Part shown: positions 36,011 to 44,284 of the stretch, one piece after another | Layout of the letters: each line of letters starts with the position of its first letter | Position numbering within the stretch: position 1 is the stretch's first letter | NCBI GenBank assembly: GCA_022424815.1 | Contig: JAKMGS010000001.1 | Coordinates: 1 to 44,284 of the forward strand | Direction: 5' to 3' | Origin: Schleiferiaceae bacterium | GTDB lineage: Bacteria; Bacteroidota; Bacteroidia; Flavobacteriales; Schleiferiaceae | Length of the DNA: 44,284 nt | The notes under the pieces: generated by a model | The model's database searches: none | What the model was told of the DNA's origin: nothing | Seen by the model: the letters and a program-made list of their open reading frames with translations, nothing else | Made by a program: the position numbers and the translations under genes

Positions 36011-36250
36011 CTATGCGTCCTTGCGCTTTAGCATGATGGCCACAATGGGAAGGACCAATCCAATAAATAAAAACCAAGGGGCAATACCAATGCGCTGTGT
36101 GCCGAAAATTTCTGGGTTGAATTCTCCAAGAGAATCTGATCCCCCACCTAGCATTAAAGCGAAACCAATTGCAAGCATGACTAATCCTGCAATCAAGATT
36201 AGATATTTACGACGATCAAATAAAAACACGTTTTTGTTTTCCATAATCAA
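36011..36250 (-). CDS. small membrane protein (DUF3098-like)
   Basis: A 79 aa protein with two TM helices. It occupies the conserved position between ftsX and uppP in Bacteroidota. Confidence 0.6.
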   Translation of the reverse strand: MIMENKNVFLFDRRKYLILIAGLVMLAIGFALMLGGGSDSLGEFNPEIFGTQRIGIAPWFLFIGLVLPIVAIMLKRKDA

Positions 36251-37125
36251 TAATATAATTCGTTGGTTTTAAGTTTTAAGTAACGACGGATCGCAATGGT
36301 CGTGCTCAAGCCTGGCACTAAAATGCTCAAAAGGACTACCCCAGAAAGAACTAATACCGTAGTCTCAGTGGTAAAAATAGATGAGGCCGCTGGAAAATAT
36401 GATTTTAAACCATGGCCTAACGCAAACAATAAAGCAATACTCATTATTGCACTCAGTAAACCAAGCAGGACGCTAGTCCACACATAAGGGCGTCGAATAA
36501 AGCCCGATTTCGCACCGACAAGTTGCATTGTTTTCAATAAGAATCGTTTGGAATATATGGTCAATCGAATACTTGAATTAATCAACGCGAGCGCCACGGT
36601 GAGTAACACAAGAGAAATACCAATGAGTAACATGGTGATCTTCTCGATATTCTCATTGACTAACCCTATTAAATCTGGATCATAAAGGACATCTTGGATG
36701 TACTCGTCCGATTTTAATTCCTCGCTTAATTGTTCTAAGTCTCCATTCGCCACTACCTCAGACTTAAGGTTGACATCGATGGTATGTGATAATGGATTAT
36801 AGCCGAGAAATTGAACAAAATCTTCTCCCAAATCCTCCTGCAATTCCTCAGCCGCAACATCTTTTGTTATTAATGTTGCGCTCTTTGCATAAGGCGCAAG
36901 TTTTTGAGCATTTAAAATTGTCTTTAATTCTTCTTCCGGAACCTTTTCATCAAGGACCAATGTAAAAGTAAAATTCTCCCGAACTGCCTCAGCTAAATCT
37001 TTGGCTGAGAGAACTAAATGTCCTAAAACACCTGTAACGAATAAAACCAGTGTCATCGAAATGATAACGCTCAAGTAGGAACTGCGTACTCGACGTGTGG
37101 TAAATTTTTGCTCTTTTGAACTCAT
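36247..37125 (-). CDS. ftsX: cell-division FtsX-like permease
   Basis: Has the FtsX topology: N-terminal TM, periplasmic domain and three C-terminal TMs. Start taken at MSSKEQKF (37125), so that the leuS promoter box lies outside the gene. Confidence 0.8.
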   Translation of the reverse strand: MSSKEQKFTTRRVRSSYLSVIISMTLVLFVTGVLGHLVLSAKDLAEAVRENFTFTLVLDEKVPEEELKTILNAQKLAPYAKSATLITKDVAAEELQEDLGEDFVQFLGYNPLSHTIDVNLKSEVVANGDLEQLSEELKSDEYIQDVLYDPDLIGLVNENIEKITMLLIGISLVLLTVALALINSSIRLTIYSKRFLLKTMQLVGAKSGFIRRPYVWTSVLLGLLSAIMSIALLFALGHGLKSYFPAASSIFTTETTVLVLSGVVLLSILVPGLSTTIAIRRYLKLKTNELYY

Positions 37126-37161
37126 CGTAGCGAAAATAGTAATTCCTGCCCCATCATTCAC

Positions 37162-37169
37162 TAATTTTG
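37162..37169 (+). promoter_or_regulatory. candidate -7 box TAATTTTG for leuS
   Basis: Matches TAnnTTTG and lies 26 nt upstream of ATG 37196. No clear -33 TTG is present. Confidence 0.35.
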
Positions 37170-37195
37170 CGGCTGTTCAACACTTCTTTTCTTTC

Positions 37196-39955
37196 ATGGA
37201 GTACAATCATCAGGAAATTGACAAGAAATGGCAGGCTAAATGGGCTGCTGAAGGCACCTACCATGCATCAAATTCTCAAGACAAGCCAAAATTCTATGTT
37301 TTGGACATGTTCCCGTACCCATCGGGTGCGGGTCTGCACGTAGGTCACCCGCTGGGCTACATCGCCTCTGACATCTATGGGCGCTATAAAAAGCAGAAAG
37401 GGTTTAATGTGTTGCACCCTATGGGATATGATGCCTTTGGATTGCCAGCAGAACAATATGCCATCCAAACCGGCCAACATCCTGAGAAAACCACAGAAAT
37501 AAATACCGCACGCTACCGCCAACAGCTCGACAATATCGGTTTCGGCCTGGATTGGTCGCGTGAATTCAAGACCACGGATCCTTCCTACTACAAATGGACG
37601 CAGTGGATATTCATTCAACTCTTCGATGCGTGGTACGACCACAACGAAGGAGTAAGCCGTCATATTGATACGCTAATTACGCATTTTGCTGCGCACGGCA
37701 CCGAAGGATTGAACGCCGCACAGACGGAAGAAATGAACTTCAGCGCCGAAGAGTGGGCAGGAATGGACCAAGTCGCACAAGCAGAAGTTTTATTGAATTA
37801 TCGTTTAGCTTACCGAAGCGAAAGCAACGTGAACTGGTGTCCTGCCTTGGGTACCGTATTGGCGAACGACGAGGTGAAAGACGGCTTGAGTGAGCGTGGA
37901 GGACACCCAGTAGTACAGAAAAAGATGATGCAATGGTCGATGCGCATCACCGCCTTCGCAGATCGTCTGCTTGAAGGATTGGAGCGCATTGATTGGAGCA
38001 CCTCACTGAAAGAGACACAGCGCAACTGGATAGGAAAATCTGTAGGTGCTGCCATCTTCTTTGATATTGATGGGCACGAGGGACAGATCGAGGTCTTCTC
38101 AACGCGTCCAGATACCTTGTTCGGTGCCACGTTTGTGACCTTGGCGCCAGAGCATGAATTGGTTCAAAAAATTACCACGGCCGACCAGCGGGAGGCCGTA
38201 CAAGCCTACCAAGCCAAAGCTGCTGCACGCAGCGAACGCGACCGTATGGCGGATACAAAAACTATCAGCGGTTGTTTCACTGGTGCCTATGCAGTACATC
38301 CAATCAGTGGTACGAAGGTGCCTATTTGGATTGGCGATTATGTATTGGCGAGCTATGGAACAGGCGCCGTTATGGCCGTTCCTGGTCACGACAGCCGCGA
38401 TTATGCCTTCGCAAAGCACTTTGACCTTGAGATAGTAGAGGTCGTAGCTGGCGGCGATTTGAGCGTAGAGGCCTTCGAAGCCAAAGAAGGGAAAATGGTG
38501 AATTCCGATTTCCTTAACGGCATGGAGTGCATGGACGCCAAGGCGAAAATGATTGAGCACCTGGAAGGAATTGGCTACGGAAAAGGAGCCACCCAATACA
38601 AACTCCGTGATGCCATCTTTGGACGTCAACGCTACTGGGGAGAGCCTATTCCGGTGTACTATGAGAACGGTATTGCCAAGACGATGCCGCTCGAAGATTT
38701 GCCATTGACCTTGCCAGATGTGGATGCTTACTTACCGACAGAAGACGGTGAGCCGCCGCTCGCACGCGCCAACCATTGGACCTACAACGGCCATCCTTTG
38801 GAGACGACGACGATGCCGGGCTGGGCGGGTTCATCGTGGTACTTCTTGCGTTACATGGACGCACACAACAACGAAGAATTTGCCGAGAAGGCAACCACGG
38901 AGTATTGGAACCAGGTCGATTTGTATGTCGGCGGTTCTGAGCACGCCACGGGTCACCTACTCTACTCGCGCTTCTGGACGAAATTCCTATTCGACATGGG
39001 CTTCATCAGATTTGACGAGCCGTTTAAGAAACTGATCAATCAAGGGATGATTCAGGGCATCAGTGCCTTCGTTCATAGAATTAACGGGACCAACACCTTT
39101 GTAAGTACTGGGCTCAAGGGCGACAATGAAACGCAGGCCATTCATGCTGATGTGAGCTTGTTGCAAGGCGATGAGTTGGATGTGGAAGCGTTTAAGAATT
39201 GGCGCGAAGAATACAAGGATGCAGAATTCATCCTTGAAAATGGCAAGTACATCTGTAGCCGCGAGGTGGAGAAGATGTCAAAGTCCAAATTTAATGTGAC
39301 CAACCCTGACGATATCGTTGAGAAGTATGGTGCAGACGTATTGCGCATGTACGAGATGTTCTTGGGACCGTTAGAGCAAAGCAAGCCATGGAACACGCAA
39401 GGCCTTTCTGGTGTGGCCGGATTCCGCAGAAAATTCTGGAAGCTGTTCCACCAAGGAGATACCTTCAACGTGAGCGATGCGCCTGCGGATAAAAAAGCAC
39501 TGAAGGCGGCCCATACCTGTATCAAAAAAGTCAACGAAGACATTAAGAACTTCAGTTTCAATACTTCGGTCAGTGCCTTTATGATTGCGACCAATGAATT
39601 GACAGATTTGAAGGCCAACAACCGCGAGGTGTTAGAGCCGCTCGTTCGCCTGATCTCACCTTTTGCCCCACACCTCGCGGAAGAATTGTGGGAACTGATG
39701 GGCGGAGAAGGTTCAGTGACACACAGCGAGTATCCAACACACAATGAGAGCTACTTGGTAGAGAGCAGCAAGAACTACCCTGTTTCGTTTAATGGAAAGG
39801 TTCGATTCCAACTAGAATTGCCATTAGATATGAGCAAAGAGGATATCGAGAAAGCCGTAATGGCCGACGAGCGTACCGGCGAAAATATTGGCGATAAGCA
39901 GGTCCGAAAGATGATTGTCGTGCCCGGAAGGATTATCAATATTGTGATCGGCTAA
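37196..39955 (+). CDS. leuS: leucine--tRNA ligase
   Basis: Contains the class I motifs HVGHP and KMSKS and the CP1 editing domain. Start taken at MEYNHQEIDKKWQ (ATG 37196). Confidence 0.95.
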   Translation: MEYNHQEIDKKWQAKWAAEGTYHASNSQDKPKFYVLDMFPYPSGAGLHVGHPLGYIASDIYGRYKKQKGFNVLHPMGYDAFGLPAEQYAIQTGQHPEKTTEINTARYRQQLDNIGFGLDWSREFKTTDPSYYKWTQWIFIQLFDAWYDHNEGVSRHIDTLITHFAAHGTEGLNAAQTEEMNFSAEEWAGMDQVAQAEVLLNYRLAYRSESNVNWCPALGTVLANDEVKDGLSERGGHPVVQKKMMQWSMRITAFADRLLEGLERIDWSTSLKETQRNWIGKSVGAAIFFDIDGHEGQIEVFSTRPDTLFGATFVTLAPEHELVQKITTADQREAVQAYQAKAAARSERDRMADTKTISGCFTGAYAVHPISGTKVPIWIGDYVLASYGTGAVMAVPGHDSRDYAFAKHFDLEIVEVVAGGDLSVEAFEAKEGKMVNSDFLNGMECMDAKAKMIEHLEGIGYGKGATQYKLRDAIFGRQRYWGEPIPVYYENGIAKTMPLEDLPLTLPDVDAYLPTEDGEPPLARANHWTYNGHPLETTTMPGWAGSSWYFLRYMDAHNNEEFAEKATTEYWNQVDLYVGGSEHATGHLLYSRFWTKFLFDMGFIRFDEPFKKLINQGMIQGISAFVHRINGTNTFVSTGLKGDNETQAIHADVSLLQGDELDVEAFKNWREEYKDAEFILENGKYICSREVEKMSKSKFNVTNPDDIVEKYGADVLRMYEMFLGPLEQSKPWNTQGLSGVAGFRRKFWKLFHQGDTFNVSDAPADKKALKAAHTCIKKVNEDIKNFSFNTSVSAFMIATNELTDLKANNREVLEPLVRLISPFAPHLAEELWELMGGEGSVTHSEYPTHNESYLVESSKNYPVSFNGKVRFQLELPLDMSKEDIEKAVMADERTGENIGDKQVRKMIVVPGRIINIVIG

Positions 39956-39994
39956 TCCGAAGGAGGAGCAAAAATTTTCAAGGTAAACCCAACT

Positions 39995-40021
39995 AAAAAG
40001 GCGCCCTGCGGGCGCCTTTTT
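39995..40021. terminator. bidirectional rho-independent terminator between convergent leuS and the M23 peptidase gene
   Basis: AAAAA-GGCGCCC-TGC-GGGCGCC-TTTTT: a 7 bp GC stem flanked by an A-run and a T-run. Confidence 0.8.
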
Positions 40022-41261
40022 AGTTGTTTCCTAATTCTTGAATAAGCTTTTCAGAATACTCCTTAAATGCCGCCAAGCTAGTGGAGTCCAACGACTTTGC
40101 TTCAGGTAACTTTTGTTTATATGGATCAACTTGTTTTCCATTTACCCAAAAACGATAGCAAACATGCGGTCCAGTAGCTAAACCGGTTGAACCTACATAA
40201 CCAATAACATCCCCTTGTTTCACACGCACTCCAGGCTTTATACCAGACTTAATTTTACTCATGTGCAAATACTGAGTGGAGTAGGTACTATTATGACGAA
40301 CCTTTACATAGTTGCCATTCCCAGAGGTATATGAAGCAGCACTTATCTCTCCATCGGCTGTGGTCATGATTGGAGTTCCCGTGGGTGCAGCATAATCCGT
40401 ACCTAAGTGAGCCTTCCATCGCTTTTGAACTGGATGAAATCTTCGACCACTGTAACGTGATGAAATACGCGTAAAATTTAAGGGAGCTCGCAAAAAGGTT
40501 TTCCTCAAACTTCGTCCTTCCTCATCATAATAATCATCAAATCCTAATTCGTTTTCGTATTGAAAAGAGTAATAGTCATTTCCTGAATGTATCAGATTAG
40601 CTCCCAATACTCTCTTGAGTCCTACATAGGTAGTATCATCCACGTACTCCTCTTCGTAAATCACTGAAAAGGCATCACCCTTTTGAATTCTAAAGAAATC
40701 AATACTCCAAGCGTAAATATTAACCAATGACATCGCTAAAGCATTAGTTCCTCCGGCATTGTTTACAGAGAGGTACAAGGCATCTTCTATTGTCCCAGAA
40801 ATGACCTTCCTCTTTACAGTACGTTCTTTTACATATTTATGCGCATAAATAGAATCAGAATTCAATGAAATAATAACGTATTCAAACGCATTCTCCGGAT
40901 AAATGAAATACGATGGAATCGATGAATTTTCTCCTTTCGCAATTTTCACTGTAACTCCGGATCGAATTTTCGTAACATCAAATACTGAATCAATTCTTGA
41001 TGCTATGGAGTATATTATTGATGTTGAAACTCCACGTTCACCTAAGATTGAACCAAAACTTTCTCCAGAAGAAATTGTATGATCTTCGAAACCCAGAGTA
41101 TCCGCAGGTAAGGTTAGATAAAACTTCGGTTCGACCTCTTGTATAGGTTCTTCAATCGGATTAGCTTCTGCACCAGACTCCTTTCCTGGTTTTATTGCAA
41201 AAATGATAACAATGATGAAAACGGCTGCAAATAAGAGCCAAGCGTATTTTTTTAACTTCAT
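40020..41261 (-). CDS. M23-family peptidoglycan metalloendopeptidase
   Basis: Has an N-terminal TM and the HxxxD motif HLGTDYAAPTGTPI. The C-terminal block is GSTGLATGPHVCYRFW, so the HxH motif reads H-V-C. Confidence 0.85.
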   Translation of the reverse strand: MKLKKYAWLLFAAVFIIVIIFAIKPGKESGAEANPIEEPIQEVEPKFYLTLPADTLGFEDHTISSGESFGSILGERGVSTSIIYSIASRIDSVFDVTKIRSGVTVKIAKGENSSIPSYFIYPENAFEYVIISLNSDSIYAHKYVKERTVKRKVISGTIEDALYLSVNNAGGTNALAMSLVNIYAWSIDFFRIQKGDAFSVIYEEEYVDDTTYVGLKRVLGANLIHSGNDYYSFQYENELGFDDYYDEEGRSLRKTFLRAPLNFTRISSRYSGRRFHPVQKRWKAHLGTDYAAPTGTPIMTTADGEISAASYTSGNGNYVKVRHNSTYSTQYLHMSKIKSGIKPGVRVKQGDVIGYVGSTGLATGPHVCYRFWVNGKQVDPYKQKLPEAKSLDSTSLAAFKEYSEKLIQELGNN

Positions 41262-42229
41262 GAGCCTTGCTCAATTTCTTTTAGCACATCCTCTACCCAG
41301 CTCTTTCCCCATTCTGCACGCTGATGTTCCGTCCATAATTCAGGATAGAATATTCGACGTTGAAAGCGCGGGGGCAAGTACTTCTGCCAATTTGTTCCCC
41401 CAGTTGCAGGGATATCGGTTGGCTTCTTGCTTAAATAGCGGACCGCAGTTTTATAATGTTGTAGTGGCCAATTCACATTGACGTTCAAATCCAATAATCG
41501 CAACGTATCTTCAAGCTGCGCAACCTCAGCATCAGACATTCCGGCCTGCTTTAGTTCCAGAAAGCGCTCCCAGATATTACAATGCTCGTAAGACTCAGCC
41601 GCAAAGACCAAATCGTCCCAGTATTTCTCAATGAATTGAACCGCCGTGTAGGCAGGCTTACCCGTATCCTCCACCTTTGCACCATCCTTCCAATAAACGG
41701 CATCCATCTGCTCTTCAATTGTCGCACCAGCCAAAGCTTTGCGCTTTGATTCAGCTACAATATTAATCAATGGAGCACAACCCAACTCTATGATGCGGTA
41801 CTGCACACTCTGGAAACCTGAGGCCGGCGCCAACGCATCGCGAAAAGCTAAAAACTCATCCTTCTTCATGCCCTTTTCCATCACGCCAAAGCTGCTTCGC
41901 AAAGCCCCAAAGTATCGGTTAATGCGGTGAAGGCGTTCGGCAAAATCTGTCAACGACAAATCTCCAGCTGCAATGGCATCAATTTCGATGCGTGCCAGCT
42001 TGAAATACAGTTCTGTAATCTGATGGTAAATAATGAAGATTGGCTCATCAGCGATTTCCGTCACCGGACGCTGGAGACTGAGCAAGGTATCGAGCTGAAC
42101 GTAGTCCCAGTAATTTTGAAAAGAAGCACGCTGCCATCCATTCACATAGGTCTCAAAATCTTGTCCGGTTGCTTCAATTTTATTGCGCAAATCGGACAAT
42201 TTTTCCATTAATTCCGGGCTCCACTCCAT
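41258..42229 (-). CDS. kynA: tryptophan 2,3-dioxygenase family protein
   Basis: TDO blocks are present (YWDYVQLDTLLSLQ, FIIYHQITELYFKL). ATG 42229 (MEWSPEL) is preferred to TTG at 42250. Confidence 0.8.
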   Translation of the reverse strand: MEWSPELMEKLSDLRNKIEATGQDFETYVNGWQRASFQNYWDYVQLDTLLSLQRPVTEIADEPIFIIYHQITELYFKLARIEIDAIAAGDLSLTDFAERLHRINRYFGALRSSFGVMEKGMKKDEFLAFRDALAPASGFQSVQYRIIELGCAPLINIVAESKRKALAGATIEEQMDAVYWKDGAKVEDTGKPAYTAVQFIEKYWDDLVFAAESYEHCNIWERFLELKQAGMSDAEVAQLEDTLRLLDLNVNVNWPLQHYKTAVRYLSKKPTDIPATGGTNWQKYLPPRFQRRIFYPELWTEHQRAEWGKSWVEDVLKEIEQGS

Positions 42230-42314
42230 GGTAATGTAGGTTTGCTCCAAAGTTAGCCAATACCATGGCCAACTTGATCCTTTGCCGATAAGTTTTAAAC
42301 GAATTTTAACGCTC

Positions 42315-43346
42315 TTAGATGCGTTTCAAAGTAAATGTAAACTCCGTGCCTACACCTTCTGTAGATTCTACTTTAATCGCCTCTCCGTGACGCTCGATAA
42401 TATGCTTAACGATGGATAATCCCAGACCGGTTCCTCCGGCATCTCGCGAACGCGCTTTATCTACCCTGTAAAAGCGTTCAAAAATGTGCGGTAGATCCTC
42501 CTCGGAAATACCGAAACCTTGGTCCTTGATTCTGAATTCAATTCTCTCTCTCGTACCGGAAATAAAGAAGTCTACAGTGGAGCCTTCCGGGCTGTATTTG
42601 ATAGCGTTTACTAGTAAATTATCCAACACCTGCTCTAACCTTGCAGCATCACATAATACTTGGGTGTTCTCATCTACAGCAAAATGAATCTTGATCGAAG
42701 ACTCACGTTTATTAGCTAAGTTTTCAATTTCACTCAACGCATCATCTATCAAGTTGCGTACAATTACTGGACGTAACTGAACATCATATTCCCCACTTTC
42801 TACCTTTGTTAGTACATCCATGTCTTTCACAAGCTGTGTCATGCGCTCAACAGACTTCGCCGCGCGTTTCAAGAATTTTTTGGCCACTTTTTCATCCTTA
42901 AGCGCACCATCCAACAGAGTATAAATATATCCTTGAATATTAAAAATTGGTGTCTTGAGTTCGTGGCTAACATTTCCAATGTATTCACGACGGAATTGTT
43001 CTCTGCCCTTCATTTCTTCAACGAGTGCATTTTGTTTTTCACTCCACTCTTCGAGCCTTTCTTCTAATTCCGCTAGATTTCCAACACTTCCTGTATTTAA
43101 CGGAGATTCCGTCAGACCTTGCTTTTGAATTTTTTGTTGAATACCCCTAATCCGTCCTATTAAAATGTAGTAGGTCGCGTAATAAAAAGATGTAATTGTA
43201 ACCACAAAGAAAAGTACCCACCATAACCATTCCGGGATGTTCAAATGTTGAGTGTAGGTTAATAACCATTCAAATAGAACGGCTAATCCCGTAACTGTAG
43301 CTCCCATGATAAAGGAGAGCAAAAGCATGCGATTTCCTCGCATCAA
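42315..43346 (-). CDS. sensor histidine kinase (HisKA + HATPase_c)
   Basis: Has two N-terminal TMs, the H-box SHELKTPI, the N-box LLVNAIKY and the G-box GTGLGLSIVK. Confidence 0.85.
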   Translation of the reverse strand: MMRGNRMLLLSFIMGATVTGLAVLFEWLLTYTQHLNIPEWLWWVLFFVVTITSFYYATYYILIGRIRGIQQKIQKQGLTESPLNTGSVGNLAELEERLEEWSEKQNALVEEMKGREQFRREYIGNVSHELKTPIFNIQGYIYTLLDGALKDEKVAKKFLKRAAKSVERMTQLVKDMDVLTKVESGEYDVQLRPVIVRNLIDDALSEIENLANKRESSIKIHFAVDENTQVLCDAARLEQVLDNLLVNAIKYSPEGSTVDFFISGTRERIEFRIKDQGFGISEEDLPHIFERFYRVDKARSRDAGGTGLGLSIVKHIIERHGEAIKVESTEGVGTEFTFTLKRI

Positions 43347-44035
43347 TCGATTGTTTCGAATTTATACCCAACGCCTTTGACCGTCTTGATGCGATCATCA
43401 CCTATTTTCTCTCTGAGCTTACGGATATGTACATCTATGGTTCTACCTCCTACAATAACTACCGTACCCCATATTCTGTCCATGATTTCTTCACGTATAA
43501 AGACTTTTCCTGGTTTCGATGCCAAGAGGCTGAGCAATTCGAATTCTTTCCTCGGAAGTTCAATAACATTTCCCGCAATCTCTACATGGTAGCGCTCAGG
43601 GTCAATGATTAAATCTGAGAACTCCATTTTTCCTGGAACTTCTTGCTCAGGAACTGGTCTTCTTCTTAAGAGTGCCTTTAATCTTGAGGTCAGAACCTTA
43701 GGTTTTACGGGCTTCGTTATATAATCATCTGCGCCAGCTTCAAAACCTGCCACTTGGCTGTAATCTTCACCACGTGCCGTAAGAAATGCAATGATTGTAT
43801 TCTCAAGTCCTGGCAATCTTCGAATTTGATCACAGGCTTCAATACCGTCCATTTCCGGCATCATTACGTCCAATAAAATTAAATCTGGCTTGAATTCTTT
43901 CGCTTTTGCTACACCTGCTTTACCGCTGGCGGCAGTCGCTACTTTATATCCTTCTGCTTTTAAGTTGTATCCTACGAAGTCCAAAATATCTGGCTCGTCG
44001 TCAACTAATAGAATCTTGATGTTAGAATTATCCAT
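43343..44035 (-). CDS. OmpR/PhoB-family response regulator
   Basis: Has a receiver domain (DDEPDI..., LILLDVMMP, K in ITKP) and a winged-helix output domain (TIDVHIRKLREK, GVGYKF). It overlaps the kinase gene by 4 nt. Confidence 0.9.
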   Translation of the reverse strand: MDNSNIKILLVDDEPDILDFVGYNLKAEGYKVATAASGKAGVAKAKEFKPDLILLDVMMPEMDGIEACDQIRRLPGLENTIIAFLTARGEDYSQVAGFEAGADDYITKPVKPKVLTSRLKALLRRRPVPEQEVPGKMEFSDLIIDPERYHVEIAGNVIELPRKEFELLSLLASKPGKVFIREEIMDRIWGTVVIVGGRTIDVHIRKLREKIGDDRIKTVKGVGYKFETID

Positions 44036-44234
44036 GATTTCAATTTACCACAAAGATGGAAAACTATTACTACTTCCAAGCGACTTCTAGAAACTTAACA
44101 TAAAGCAAATGTGGGCCTAACAAACTCTTAAAGCCCTTTTCTAAACTCAGCAATTAAAGTTGATACTTAGTTAAGATTCAGTTTACATGATGGTCCTTCA
44201 TTTGTGATGTCAAAACAAAACAAAAGACGTAGAA

Positions 44235-44284
44235 ATGAAATTCAACAAATTAATGATTGTAGTCGCAGCTGCTTCTTTCCTAGC
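44235..44284 (+). CDS. 5' end of an ORF encoding a signal peptide (MKFNKLMIVVAAASFL...), truncated by the window
   Basis: An ATG followed by a hydrophobic stretch. Only 16 codons are visible. Confidence 0.3.
   Translation, partial: MKFNKLMIVVAAASFL

Noticed and set aside
44036-44234. A 199-nt spacer upstream of the response regulator, examined for sRNA, riboswitch or promoter boxes
   Set aside because: Only imperfect -7-like boxes are present (CACATTTG at about 44107-44114 on the minus strand and TTCATTTG at about 44200-44207 on the plus strand). I found no convincing conserved structure, so it is treated as an ordinary divergent promoter region.

Overview
The window is a chromosomal segment of a Bacteroidota (Flavobacteriia-like) genome and is almost fully coding. 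It opens inside the 5' end of a 16S rRNA gene on the minus strand, preceded by three tandem Bacteroidota-type promoters. The rest is mostly housekeeping: pdhA/E2, a type IX secretion and gliding block (porV, porU, a PorP/SprF-like gene, gldJ), murF, an acyl-CoA dehydrogenase, anmK, a GDH-family enzyme, nhaD, ExbB/ExbD/TonB-like, folC, rlmN, pirin, queA, truB, uppP, ftsX, leuS, an M23 peptidase, kynA and a two-component system. I saw no CRISPR array, tRNA, transposase, integrase or recognisable defence system. Three things stand out. (1) The 10-mer GGGWCCAATT occurs at least 11 times (about 0.2 expected), in many genes, codon phases and both strands. (2) A roughly 23-26 nt near-palindromic element built on that 10-mer sits just upstream of both a divergent comM/yifB-like gene and radC. 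(3) A tightly overlapping minus-strand operon (31.35 to 24.1 kb) starts with radC and runs through a QW-repeat toroid protein, an AAC(3)-family acetyltransferase, an SDR, a deacetylase-like protein, a FemAB-like GNAT, a HAD phosphatase and pirin, opposite a DUF1972 glycosyltransferase; its pathway is not one I can name. All calls come from reading the sequence and ORF translations by eye. No database search was run, and family names rest on recognised motifs.
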